DNA of 64,000 nt from contig OZ024744.1 in NCBI GenBank assembly GCA_964016885.1, forward strand, positions 1,674,001 through 1,738,000, in the 5' to 3' direction. Under the pieces are notes generated by a model that was not told the DNA's origin, did not search any database, and worked only from the letters and a program-made list of their open reading frames with translations. The position numbers were made by a program, and so were the translations under genes. Below are positions 1-11,980 of the stretch, one piece after another. Numbering within the stretch: the stretch's first letter is position 1; each line of letters starts with the position of its first letter. The DNA is from Eledone cirrhosa (Eukaryota).

Positions 1-2949
1 ATCTTTCTCTAGCTTGTCTTCACACAAAACTTCGTTCTTCACCAAGCTATCTTTCTCTACCTTGTCTTCCCACAAAACGTCATTCTTCACCAAGCTATCT
101 TTCTCTACCTTGTCTTCCGTCGAAACTTCGTTCTTCACCAAGATATCTTTCTCTACCTTGTTTTCTCCCAAAACTTCGTTCTTCAACAAGCTATCTTTCT
201 CTACCTTGTCTTCCCTCAGAACTTCGTTCTTCAACAAGCTATCTTTCTCTACCTTGTCTTCCCTCAAAACGTCGTTCTTCACCAAGCTATCTTTCTCTAC
301 CTTGCCTTCCCTCAAAACATCGTTCTTCACCAAGCTATCTTTCTCTACCTTGTCTTCTCCCAAAACTTCGTTATTCACCAAGCTATCTTTCTCTACCTTG
401 TCTTCCCTCAAAACTTCGTTCTTCACCAAGCTATCTTTCTCTACCTTGTCTTCCCCCAAAACTTCGTTCTTCACCAAGCTATCTTTCTCTACCTTGTCTT
501 CCCCCAAAACTTCGTTCTTCACCAAGCTATCTTTCTCTACCTTGTCTTTCCCCAAAACTTCTTTCTTCACCAAGTCATCTTTCTCTACCTTGTCATCCCT
601 CAAAACTTCGTTCTTCACCAATCTATCTTTCTCTGCCTTGTCTTCCCCCAAAACTTCGTTCTTCACCAAGCTATCTTTCTCTACCTTGTCTTCACACAAA
701 ACTTCGTTCTTCACCAAGCTATCTTTCTCTACCTTGTCTTCCCCCAAAACTTCGTTCTTCACCAAGCTATCTTTCTCTACCTTGTCTTCTCCCAAAACTT
801 CGTTATTCACCAAGCTATCTTTCTCTACCTTGTCTTCCCTCAAAACTTCGTTCTTCACCAAGCTATCTTTCTCTACCTTGTCTTCTCCCAAAACTTCGTT
901 ATTCACCAAGCTATCTTTCTCTACCTTGTCTTCCCTCAAACCTTCGTTCTTCACCAAGCTATCTTTCTCTACCTTGTCTTCCCCCAAAACTTCGTTCTTC
1001 ACCAAGCTATCTTTCTCTACCTTGTCTTCCCTCAAAACATCGTTCTTCACCAAGCTATCTTTCTCTACCTTGTCTTCTCCCAAAACTTCGTTATTCACCA
1101 AGCTATCTTTCTCTACCTTGTCTTCCCTCAAAACTTCGTTCTTCACCAAGCTATCTTTCTCTACCTTGTCTTCCCCCAAAACTTCGTTCTTCACCAAGCT
1201 ATCTTTCTCTACCTTGTCTTCCCCCAAAACTTCTTTCTTCACCAAGTCATCTTTCTCTACCTTGTCATCCCTCAAAACTTCTTTCTTCACCAATCTATCT
1301 TTCTCTGCCTTGTCTTCCCCCAAAACTTCGTTCTTCACCAAGCTATCTTTCTCTACCTTGTCTTCACACAAAACTTCGTTCTTCACCAAGCTATCTTTCT
1401 CTACATTGTCTTCCCACAAAACGTCATTCTTCACCAAGCTATCTTTCTCTACCTTGTCTTCCGTCAAAACTTCGTTCTTCACCAAGATATCTTTCTCTAC
1501 CTTGTCTTCTCCCAAAACTTCGTTCTTCACCAAGCTATCTTTCTCTACCTTGTCTTCCCTCAAAACGTCGTTCTTCACCAAGCTATCTTTCTCTACCTTG
1601 TCTTCCCTCAAAACATCGTTCTTCACCAAGCTATCTTTCTCTACCTTGTCTTCTCCCAAAACTTCGTTATTCACCAAGCTATCTTTCTCTACCTTGTCTT
1701 CCCTCAAAACTTCGTTCTTCACCAAGCTATCTTTCTCTACCTTGTCTTCCCCCAAAACTTCGTTCTTCACCAAGCTATCTTTCTCTACCTTGTCTTCCCC
1801 CAAAACTTCGTTCTTCACCAAGCTATCTTTCTCTAGCTTGTCTTCACACAAAACTTCGTTCTTCACCAAGCTATCTTTCTCTACGTTGTCTTCCCACAAA
1901 ACGTCATTCTTCACGAAGCTATCTTTCTCTACCTTGTCTTCCGTCGAAACTTCGTTCTTCACCAAGATATCTTTCTCTACCTTGTTTTCTCCCAAAACTT
2001 CGTTCTTCACCAAGCTATCTTTCTCTAGCTTGTCTTCACACAAAACTTCGTTCTTCACCAAGCTATCTTTCTCTACCTTGTCTTCCCACAAAACGTCATT
2101 CTTCACCAAGCTATCTTTCTCTACCTTGTCTTCCGTCGAAACTTCGTTCTTCACCAAGATATCTTTCTCTACCTTGTTTTCTCCCAAAACTTCGTTCTTC
2201 AACAAGCTATCTTTCTCTACCTTGTCTTCCCTCAGAACTTCGTTCTTCAACAAGCTATCTTTCTCTACCTTGTCTTCCCTCAAAACGTCGTTCTTCACCA
2301 AGCTATCTTTCTCTACCTTGCCTTCCCTCAAAACATCGTTCTTCACCAAGCTATCTTTCTCTACCTTGTCTTCTCCCAAAACTTCGTTCTTCACCAAGCT
2401 ATCTTTCTCTACCTTGTCTTCCCCCAAAACTTCGTTCTTCACCAAGCTATCTTTCTCTACCTTGTCTTCCCCCAAAACTTCGTTCTTCACCAAGCTATCT
2501 TTCTCTACCTTGTCTTTCCCCAAAACTTCTTTCTTCACCAAGTCATCTTTCTCTACCTTGTCATCCCTCAAAACTTCGTTCTTCACCAATCTATCTTTCT
2601 CTGCCTTGTCTTCCCCCAAAACTTCGTTCTTCACCAAGCTATCTTTCTCTACCTTGTCTTCACACAAAACTTCGTTCTTCACCAAGCTATCTTTCTCTAC
2701 CTTGTCTTCCCACAAAACGTCATTCTTCACCAAGCTATCTTTCTCTACCTTGTCTTCCGTCAAAACTTCGTTCTTCACCAAGATATCTTTATCTACCTTG
2801 TCTTCTCCCAAAACTTCGTTCTTCACCAAGCTATCTTTCTCTACCTTGTCTTCCCTCAGAACTTCGTTCTTCACCAAGCTATCTTTCTCTACCTTGTCTT
2901 CCCCCAAAACTTCGTTCTTCACCAAGCTATCTTTCTCTACATTGTCTTC
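1..2949 (-). other. Uninterrupted open reading frame (983 codons, no stop in window) of repeat peptide VKNEVLGEDKVEKDSL; coding status unsupported
   Basis: There is no indel before the C5-to-C4 deletion at 2949-2952, and I saw no in-frame stop among the variants. The frame runs off the left edge, so it is absent from the ORF track. It has no unique domain, start context or splice evidence. Confidence 0.2.
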
Positions 2950-5544
2950 CCCAAAACTTCGTTCTTCACCAAGCTATCTTTCTCTACCTTGTCTGTCATC
3001 AAAACGTCGTTCTTCACCAAGCTCTCTTTCTCTACCTTGTCTTCCCCCAAAACTTCGTTCTTCGCCAAGCTATCTTTCTCTACCTTGTCTTCCCCCAAAA
3101 CTTCGTTCTTCACCAAGCTATCTTTCTCTACCTTGTCTTCCCACAAAACGTCGTTCTTCACCAAGCTATCTTTCTCTACCTTGTCTTCCCTCAAAACGTC
3201 GTTCTTCACCAAGCTATCTTTCTCTACCTTGTCTTCCCTCAAAACATCGTTCTTCACCAAGCTATCTTTCTCTACCTTGTCTTCCCTCAAAACTTCGTTC
3301 TTCACCAAGCTATCTTTCTCTACCTTGTCTTCCCCCAAAACTTCGTTCTTCACCAAGCTATCTTTCTCTACCTTGTCTTCTCCCAAAACTTCGTTATTCA
3401 CCAAGCTATCTTTCTCTACCTTGTCTTCCCTCAAAACTTCGTTCTTCACCAAGCTATCTTTCTCTACCTTGTCTTCCCCCAAAACTTCGTTCTTCACCAA
3501 GTCATCTTTCTCTACCTTGTCATCCCTCAAAACTTTGTTCTTCACCAATCTATCTTTCTCTACCTTGTCTTCCCCCAAAACCTCGTTCTTCACCAAGCTA
3601 TCTTTCTCTAGCTTGTCTTCACACAAAACTTCGTTCTTCACCAAGCTATCTTTCTCTACCTTGTCTTCCGTCAAAACTTCGTTCTTCACCAAGATATCTT
3701 TCTCTACCTTGTCTCCTCCCAAAACTTCGTTCTTCACCAAGCTATCTTTCTCTACCTTGTCTTCCCTCAGAACTTCGTTCTTCACCAATCTATCTTTCTC
3801 TACCTTGTCTTCCCCCAACACTTCGTTCTTCACCAAGCTATCTTTCTCTACATTGTCTTCCCCAAAACTTCGTTCTTCACCAAGCTATCTTTCACGACCT
3901 TGTCCTCCCTCAAAACGTCGTTCTTCACCAAGCTATCTTTCTCTACCTTGTCTTCCCCCAAACTTCGTTCTTCACCAAGCTATCTTTCTCTATCTGGTCT
4001 TCCCCCAAAACTTCGTTCTTCACCAAGCTATCTTTCTCTACCTCGTCTTCCCTCAAAACTTTGTTCTTCACCAAGCTATCTTTCTCTACCTTGTCTTCCC
4101 CCAAAACTTCGTTCTTCACCAAGCTATCTTTCTCTACCTTGTCTTCCCCCAAAACTTCGTTCTTCACCAAGCTATCTTTCTCTACCTTGTCTTCCCTCAA
4201 AACGTCGTTCTTCACCAAGCTATCTTTCTCTACATTGTCTTCCCCCAAAACTTCGTTCTTCACCAAGCTATCTTTCTCTACCTTGTCTTCCCCCAAAACT
4301 TCGTTCTTCACCAAGTCATCTTTCTCTACCTTGTCTTCCCACAAAACGTCATTCTTCACCAAGCTATCTTTCTCTACCTTGTCTTCCCCCAAACTTCGTT
4401 CTTCACCAAGCTATCTTTCTCTACCTTGTCTTCCCCCAAAACTTCGTTCTTCACCAAGCTATCTTTCTCTACCTCGTCTTCCCTCAAAACTTCGTTCTTC
4501 ACCAAGCTATCTTTCTCTACCTTGTCTTCCCCTAAAACTTCGTTCTTCACCAAGCTATCTTTCTCTACCTTGTCTTCCCCCAAAACTTCGTTCTTCACCA
4601 AGCTATCTTTCTCTACCTTGTCTTCCCCCAAAACTTCGTTCTTCACCAAGCTATCTTTCTCTACCTTGTCTTCCCTCAAAACGTCGTTCTTCACCAACCT
4701 ATCTTTCTCTACCTTGTCTTCCCCCAAAACTTCGTTCTTCACCAAGCTATCTTTCTCTACCTCGTCTTCCCTCAAAACTTCGTTCTTCACCAAGCTATCT
4801 TTCTCTACCTTGTCTTCCCACAAAACGTCATTCTTCACCAAGCTATCTTTCTCTAACTTGTCTTCCCTCAAAACGTCGTTCTTCACCAAGCTATCTTTCT
4901 CTACCTTGTCTTCCCCCAAAACTTCGTTCTTCACCAAGCTATCTTTCTCTACCTTGTCTTCCCCCAAAACTTCGTTCTTCAGCAAGCTATCTTTCTCTAC
5001 CTTGTCTTCCCACAAAACGTCATTCTTCACCAAGCTATCTTTCTCTAACTTGTCTTCCCTCAAAACGTCGTTCTTCACCAAGCTATCTTTCTCTACCTTG
5101 TCTTCCCCCAAAACTTCGTTCTTCACCAAGCTATCTTTCTCTACCTTGTCTTCCCCCAAAACTTCGTTCTTCAGCAAGCTATCTTTCTCTACCTTGTCTT
5201 CCCACAAAACGTCGTTCTTCACCAAGCTATCTTTCTCTACCTTGTCTTCCCTCAAAACGTCGTGCTTCACCAAGCTATCTTTCTCTACCTTGTCTTCCCT
5301 CAAAACATCGTTCTTCACCAAGCTATCTTTCTCTACCTTGTCTTCTCCCAAAACTTCGTTATTCACCAAGCTATCTTTCTCTACCTTGTCTTCCCTCAAA
5401 ACTTCGTTCTTCACCAAGCTATCTTTCACTACCTTGTCTTCCCCCAAAACTTCGTTCTTCACCAAGCTATCTTTCTCTACCTTGTCTTCCCCCAAAACTT
5501 CGTTCTTCACCAAGCTATCTTTCTCTACCTTGTCTTCCCTCAAA

Positions 5545-8500
5545 ACTTCGTTCTTCACCAAGCTATCTTTCTCTACCTTGTCTTCCCCCAAAACTTCGTT
5601 CTTCACCAAGCTATCTTTCTCTACCTTGTCTTCTCCCAAAACTTCGTTATTCACCAAGCCATCTTTCTCTACCTTGTCTTCCCTCAAAACTTCGTTCTTC
5701 ACCAAGCTATCTTTCTCTACCTTGCCTTCCCCCAAAACTTCGTTCTTCACCAAGTCATCTTTCTCTACCTTGTCATCCCTCAAAACTTTGTTCTTCACCA
5801 ACCTATCTTTCTCTACCTTGTCTTCCCCCAAAACTTCGTTCTTCACCAAGCTATCTTTCTCTAGCTTGTCTTCACACAAAACTTCGTTCTTCACCAAGCT
5901 ATCTTTCTCTACCTTGTCTTCCCACAAAACGTCATTCTTCACCAAGCTATCTTTCTCTACCTTGTCTTCCGTCAAAACTTCGTTCTTCACCAAGATATCT
6001 TTCTCTACCTTGTCTCCTCCCAAAACTTCGTTCTTCACCAAGCTATCTTTCTCTACCTTGTCTTCCCTCAGAACTTCGTTCTTCACCAAGCTATCTTTCT
6101 CTACCTTGTGTTCCCCCAAAACTTCGTTCTTCACCAAGCTATCTTTCTCTACATTGTCTTCCCCAAAACTTCCTTCTTCACCAAGCTATCTTTCACGACC
6201 TTGTCTTCCCTCAAAACGTCGTTCTTCACCAAGCTATCTTTCTCTACCTTGTCTTCCCCCAAACTTCGTTCTTCACCAAGCTATCTTTCTCTACCTTGTC
6301 TTCCCCCAAAACTTCGTTCTTCACCAAGCTATCTTTCTCTACCTCGTCTTCCCTCAAATCTTTGTTCTTCACCAAGCTATCTTTCTCTACCTTGTCTTCC
6401 CCCAAAACTTTGTTCTTCACCAAGCTATCTTTCTCTACCTTGAATCCCCCAAAACTTCGTTCTTCACCAAGCTATCTTTCTCTACCTTGTCTTCCCTCAA
6501 AACGTCGTTCTTCACCAAGCTATCTTTCTCTACCTTGTCTTCCCCCAAAACTTCGTTCTTCACCAAGCTATCTTTCTCTACCTTGTCTTCCCCCAAAACT
6601 TCGTTCTTCACCAAGCTATCTTTCTCTACCTCGTCTTCCCTCAAAACTTCGTTCTTCACCAAGCTATCTTTCTCTACCTTGTCTTCCCCTAAAACTTCGT
6701 TCTTCACCAAGCTATCTTTCTCTACCTTGTCTTCCCCCAAAACTTCGTTCTTCACCAAGCTATCTTTCTCTACCTTGTCTTCCCCCAAAACTTCGTTCTT
6801 CACCAAGCTGTCTTTCTCTACCTTGTCTCCCCTCAAAACGTCGTTCTTCACCAAGCTATCTTTCTCTACCTTGTCTTCCCCCAAAACTTCGTTCTTCACC
6901 AAGCTATCTTTCTCTACCTCGTCTTCCCTCAAAACTTCGTTCTTCACCAAGCTATCTTTCTCTACCTTGTCTTCCCACAAAACGTCATTCTTCACCAAGC
7001 TATCTTTCTCTAACTTGTCTTCCCTCAAAACGTCGTTCTTCACCAAGCTATCTTTCTCTACCTTGTCTTCCCCCAAAACTTCGTTCTTCACCAAGCTATC
7101 TTTCTCTACCTTGTCTTCCCCCAAAACTTCGTTCTTCACCAAGCTATCTTTCTCTACCTTGTCTTCTCCCAAAACTTCGTTATTCACCAAGCCATCTTTC
7201 TCTACCTTGTCTTCCCTCAAAACTTCGTTCTTCACCAAGCTATCTTTCTCTACCTTGCCTTCCCCCAAAACTTCGTTCTTCACCAAGTCATCTTTCTCTA
7301 CCTTGTCATCCCTCAAAACTTTGTTCTTCACCAACCTATCTTTCTCTACCTTGTCTTCCCCCAAAACTTCGTTCTTCACCAAGCTATCTTTCTCTAGCTT
7401 GTCTTCACACAAAACTTCGTTCTTCACCAAGCTATCTTTCTCTACCTTGTCTTCCCACAAAACGTCATTCTTCACCAAGCTATCTTTCTCTACCTTGTCT
7501 TCCGTCAAAACTTCGTTCTTCACCAAGATATCTTTCTCTACCTTGTCTCCTCCCAAAACTTCGTTCTTCACCAAGCTATCTTTCTCTACCTTGTCTTCCC
7601 TCAGAACTTCGTTCTTCACCAAGCTATCTTTCTCTACCTTGTGTTCCCCCAAAACTTCGTTCTTCACCAAGCTATCTTTCTCTACATTGTCTTCCCCAAA
7701 ACTTCCTTCTTCACCAAGCTATCTTTCACGACCTTGTCTTCCCTCAAAACGTCGTTCTTCACCAAGCTATCTTTCTCTACCTTGTCTTCCCCCAAACTTC
7801 GTTCTTCACCAAGCTATCTTTCTCTACCTTGTCTTCCCCCAAAACTTCGTTCTTCACCAAGCTATCTTTCTCTACCTCGTCTTCCCTCAAATCTTTGTTC
7901 TTCACCAAGCTATCTTTCTCTACCTTGTCTTCCCCCAAAACTTTGTTCTTCACCAAGCTATCTTTCTCTACCTTGAATCCCCCAAAACTTCGTTCTTCAC
8001 CAAGCTATCTTTCTCTACCTTGTCTTCCCTCAAAACGTCGTTCTTCACCAAGCTATCTTTCTCTACCTTGTCTTCCCCCAAAACTTCGTTCTTCACCAAG
8101 CTATCTTTCTCTACCTTGTCTTCCCCCAAAACTTCGTTCTTCACCAAGCTATCTTTCTCTACCTCGTCTTCCCTCAAAACTTCGTTCTTCACCAAGCTAT
8201 CTTTCTCTACCTTGTCTTCCCCTAAAACTTCGTTCTTCACCAAGCTATCTTTCTCTACCTTGTCTTCCCCCAAAACTTCGTTCTTCACCAAGCTATCTTT
8301 CTCTACCTTGTCTTCCCCCAAAACTTCGTTCTTCACCAAGCTGTCTTTCTCTACCTTGTCTCCCCTCAAAACGTCGTTCTTCACCAAGCTATCTTTCTCT
8401 ACCTTGTCTTCCCCCAAAACTTCGTTCTTCACCAAGCTATCTTTCTCTACCTCGTCTTCCCTCAAAACTTCGTTCTTCACCAAGCTATCTTTCTCTACCT

Positions 8501-8670
8501 TGTCTTCCCACAAAACGTCATTCTTCACCAAGCTATCTTTCTCTAACTTGTCTTCCCTCAAAACGTCGTTCTTCACCAAGCTATCTTTCTCTACCTTGTC
8601 TTCCCCCAAAACTTCGTTCTTCACCAAGCTATCTTTCTCTACCTTGTCTTCCCCCAAAACTTCGTTCTTC
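5545..8670. repeat. Higher-order tandem duplication, 2 x 1533 bp (32 monomers minus 3 bp)
   Basis: Rare variants recur at +1533: aagccatc (~5656/7189), ttgtgttcc (~6106/7639), tgaatccccc (6441/7974), aagctgtct (~6806/8339). ORFs 6108..6443 and 7641..7976 are identical. Confidence 0.92.
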
Positions 8671-10309
8671 GCAAGCTATCTTTCTCTACCTTGTCTTCCC
8701 CCAAAACTTCGTTCTTCAGCAAGCTATCTTTCTCTACCTTGTCTTCCCACAAAACGTCGTTCTTCACCAAGCTATCTTTCTCTACCTTGTCTTCCCTCAA
8801 AACTTCGTTCTTCACCAAGCTATCTTTCTCTACCTTGTCTTCCCCCAAAACTTCGTTCTTCACCAAGCTATCTTTCTCTACCTTGTCTTCTCCCAAAACT
8901 TCGTTATTCACCAAGCTATCCTTCTCTACCTTATCTTCCATCAAAACTTCGTTCTTCACCAAGCTATCTTTCTCTACCTTGTGTTCCCCCAAAACTTCGT
9001 TCTTCACCAAGTCATCTTTCTCTACCTTGTCATCCCTCAAAATTTGTTCTTCACCAATCTATCTTTCTCTACCTTGTCTTCCCCCAAAACTTCGTTCTTC
9101 ACCAAGCTATCTTTCTCTAGCTTGTCTTCACACAAAACTTCGTTCTTCACCAAGCTATCTTTCTCTACCTTGTCTTCCCACAAAACGTCATTCTTCACCA
9201 AGCTATCTTTCTCTACCTTGTCTTCCGTCAAAACTTCGTTCTTCACCAAGATATCTTTCTCTACCTTGTCTCCTCCCAAAACTTCGTTCTTCACCAAGCT
9301 ATCTGTCTCTACCTTGTCTTCCCTCAGAACTTCGTTCTTCACCAAGCTATCTTTCTCTACCTTGTCTTCCCCCAAAACTTCGTTCTTCACCAAGCTATCT
9401 TTCTCTACATTGTCTTCCCCAAAACTTCGTTCTTCACCAAGCTATCTTTCACGACCTTGTCTTCCCTCAAAACGTCGTTCTTCACCAAGCTATCTTTCTC
9501 TACCTTGTCTTCCCCCAAACTTCGTTCTTCACCAAGCTATCTTTCTCTACCTTGTCTTCCCCCAAAACTTCGTTCTTCACCAAGCTATCTTTCTCTACCT
9601 CGTCTTCCCTCAAAACTTTGTTCTTCACCAAGCTATCTTTCTCTACCTTGTCTTCCCCCAAAACTTCGTTCTTCACCAAGCTATCTTTCTCTACCTTGTC
9701 TTCCCACAAAACGTCATTCTTCACCAAGCTATCTTTCTCTACCTTGTCTTCCCCCAAACTTCGTTCTTCACCAAGCTATCTTTCTCTACCTTGTCTTCCC
9801 CCAAAACTTCGTTCTTCACCAAGCTATCTTTCTCTACCTCGTCTTCCCTCAAAACTTTGTTCTTCACCAAGCTATCTTTCGCTACCTCGTCTTCCCTCAA
9901 AACTTCGTTCTTCACCAAGCTATCTTTCTCTACCTTGTCTTCCCCTAAAACTTCGTTCTTCACCAAGCAATCTTTCTCTACCTTGTCTTCCCCCAAAACA
10001 TCGTTCTTCACCAAGCTATCTTTCTCTACCTTGTCTTCCCCCAAAACTTCGTTCTTCACCAAGCTATCTTTCTCTACCTTGTCTTCCCTCAAAACGTCGT
10101 TCTTCACCAAGCTATCTTTCTCTACCTTGTCTTCCCCCAAAACTTCGTTCTTCACCAAGCTATCTTTCTCTACCTCGTCTTCCATCAAAACTTCGTTCTT
10201 CACCAAGCTATCTTTCTCTACCTTGTCTTCCCACAAAAGGTCATTCTTCACCAAGCTATCTTTCTCTACCTTGTCTTCCCCCAAAACTTCGTTCTTCACC
10301 AAGCTATCT

Positions 10310-11980
10310 TTCTCTACCTTGTCTTCCCACAAAACGTCATTCTTCACCAAGCTATCTTTCTCTAACTTGTCTTCCCTCAAAACGTCGTTCTTCACCAAGC
10401 TATCTTTCTCTACCTTGTCTTCCCCCAAAACTTCGTTCTTCACCAAGCTATCTTTCTCTACCTTGTCTTCCCCCAAAACTTCGTTCTTCAGCAAGCTATC
10501 TTTCTCTACCTTGTCTTCCCACAAAACGTCGTTCTTCACCAAGCTATCTTTCTCTACCTTGTCTTCCCTCAAAACGTCGTGCTTCACCAAGCTATCTTTC
10601 TCTACCTTGTCTTCCCTCAAAACATCGTTCTTCACCAAGCTATCTTTCTCTACCTTGTCTTCTCCCAAAACTTCGTTATTCACCAAGCTATCTTTCTCTA
10701 CCTTGTCTTCCCTCAAAACTTCGTTCTTCACCAAGCTATCTTTCACTACCTTGTCTTCCCCCAAAACTTCGTTCTTCACCAAGCTATCTTTCTCTACCTT
10801 GTCTTCCCCCAAAACTTCGTTCTTCACCAAGCTATCTTTCTCTACCTTGTCTTCCCTCAAAACTTCGTTCTTCACCAGGCTATCTTTCTCTACCTTGTCT
10901 TCCCCCAAAACTTCGTTCTTCACCAAGCTATCTTTCTCTACCTTGTCTTCTCCCAAAACTTCGTTATTCACCAAGCCATCTTTCTCTACCTTGTCTTCCC
11001 TCAAAACTTCGTTCTTCACCAAGCTATCTTTCTCTACCTTGCCTTCCCCCAAAACTTCGTTCTTCACCAAGTCATCTTTCTCTACCTTGTCATCCCTCAA
11101 AACTTTGTTCTTCACCAACCTATCTTTCTCTACCTTGTCTTCCCCCAAAACTTCGTTCTTCACCAAGCTATCTTTCTCTAGCTTGTCTTCACACAAAACT
11201 TCGTTCTTCACCAAGCTATCTTTCTCTACCTTGTCTTCCCACAAAACGTCATTCTTCACCAAGCTATCTTTCTCTACCTTGTCTTCCGTCAAAACTTCGT
11301 TCTTCACCAAGATATCTTTCTCTACCTTGTCTCCTCCCAAAATTTCGTTCTTCACCAAGCTATCTTTCTCTACCTTGTCTTCCCTCAGAACTTCGTTCTT
11401 CACCAAGCTATCTTTCTCTACCTTGTGTTCCCCCAAAACTTCGTTCTTCACCAAGCTATCTTTCTCTACATTGTCTTCCCCAAAACTTCCTTCTTCACCA
11501 AGCTATCTTTCACGACCTTGTCTTCCCTCAAAACGTCGTTCTTCACCAAGCTATCTTTCTCTACCTTGTCTTCCCCCAAACTTCGTTCTTCACCAAGCTA
11601 TCTTTCTCTACCTTGTCTTCCCCCAAAACTTCGTTCTTCACCAAGCTATCTTTCTCTACCTCGTCTTCCCTCAAATCTTTGTTCTTCACCAAGCTATCTT
11701 TCTCTACCTTGTCTTCCCCCAAAACTTTGTTCTTCACCAAGCTATCTTTCTCTACCTTGAATCCCCCAAAACTTCGTTCTTCACCAAGCTATCTTTCTCT
11801 ACCTTGTCTTCCCTCAAAACGTCGTTCTTCACCAAGCTATCTTTCTCTACCTTGTCTTCCCCCAAAACTTCGTTCTTCACCAAGCTGTCTTTCTCTACCT
11901 TGTCTTCCCCCAAAACTTCGTTCTTCACCAAGCTATCTTTCTCTACCTCGTCTTCCCTCAAAACTTCGTTCTTCACCAAG
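10310..11980. repeat. Dispersed third copy of the ~4990-6660 block (offset 5317 bp)
   Basis: ORF pairs 5262/10579, 6108/11425 and 6435/11752 all differ by 5317. Shared markers include gtcgtgc, tttcactacc, aagccatc, caacctatc and tgaatccccc (11758). Confidence 0.88.

Noticed and set aside
30-46. CTTCGTT resembles the start of the CENP-B box
   Set aside because: Only TTCG of the core nTTCGnnnnAnnCGGGn is matched; the A and CGGG are absent.
1-48. Internal sub-repeat (TCTT at spacings of 15/19/14 bp) implying a ~16-bp ancestral unit
   Set aside because: The similarity is weak (about 10/16 at best) and expected in such C/T-rich sequence.
4530-4537. CCCTAAA (plant-type telomere repeat) in the cccctaaaa variant, recurring through the array
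   Set aside because: It is a single C>T variant of the C5-A4 run, always isolated and never tandem.
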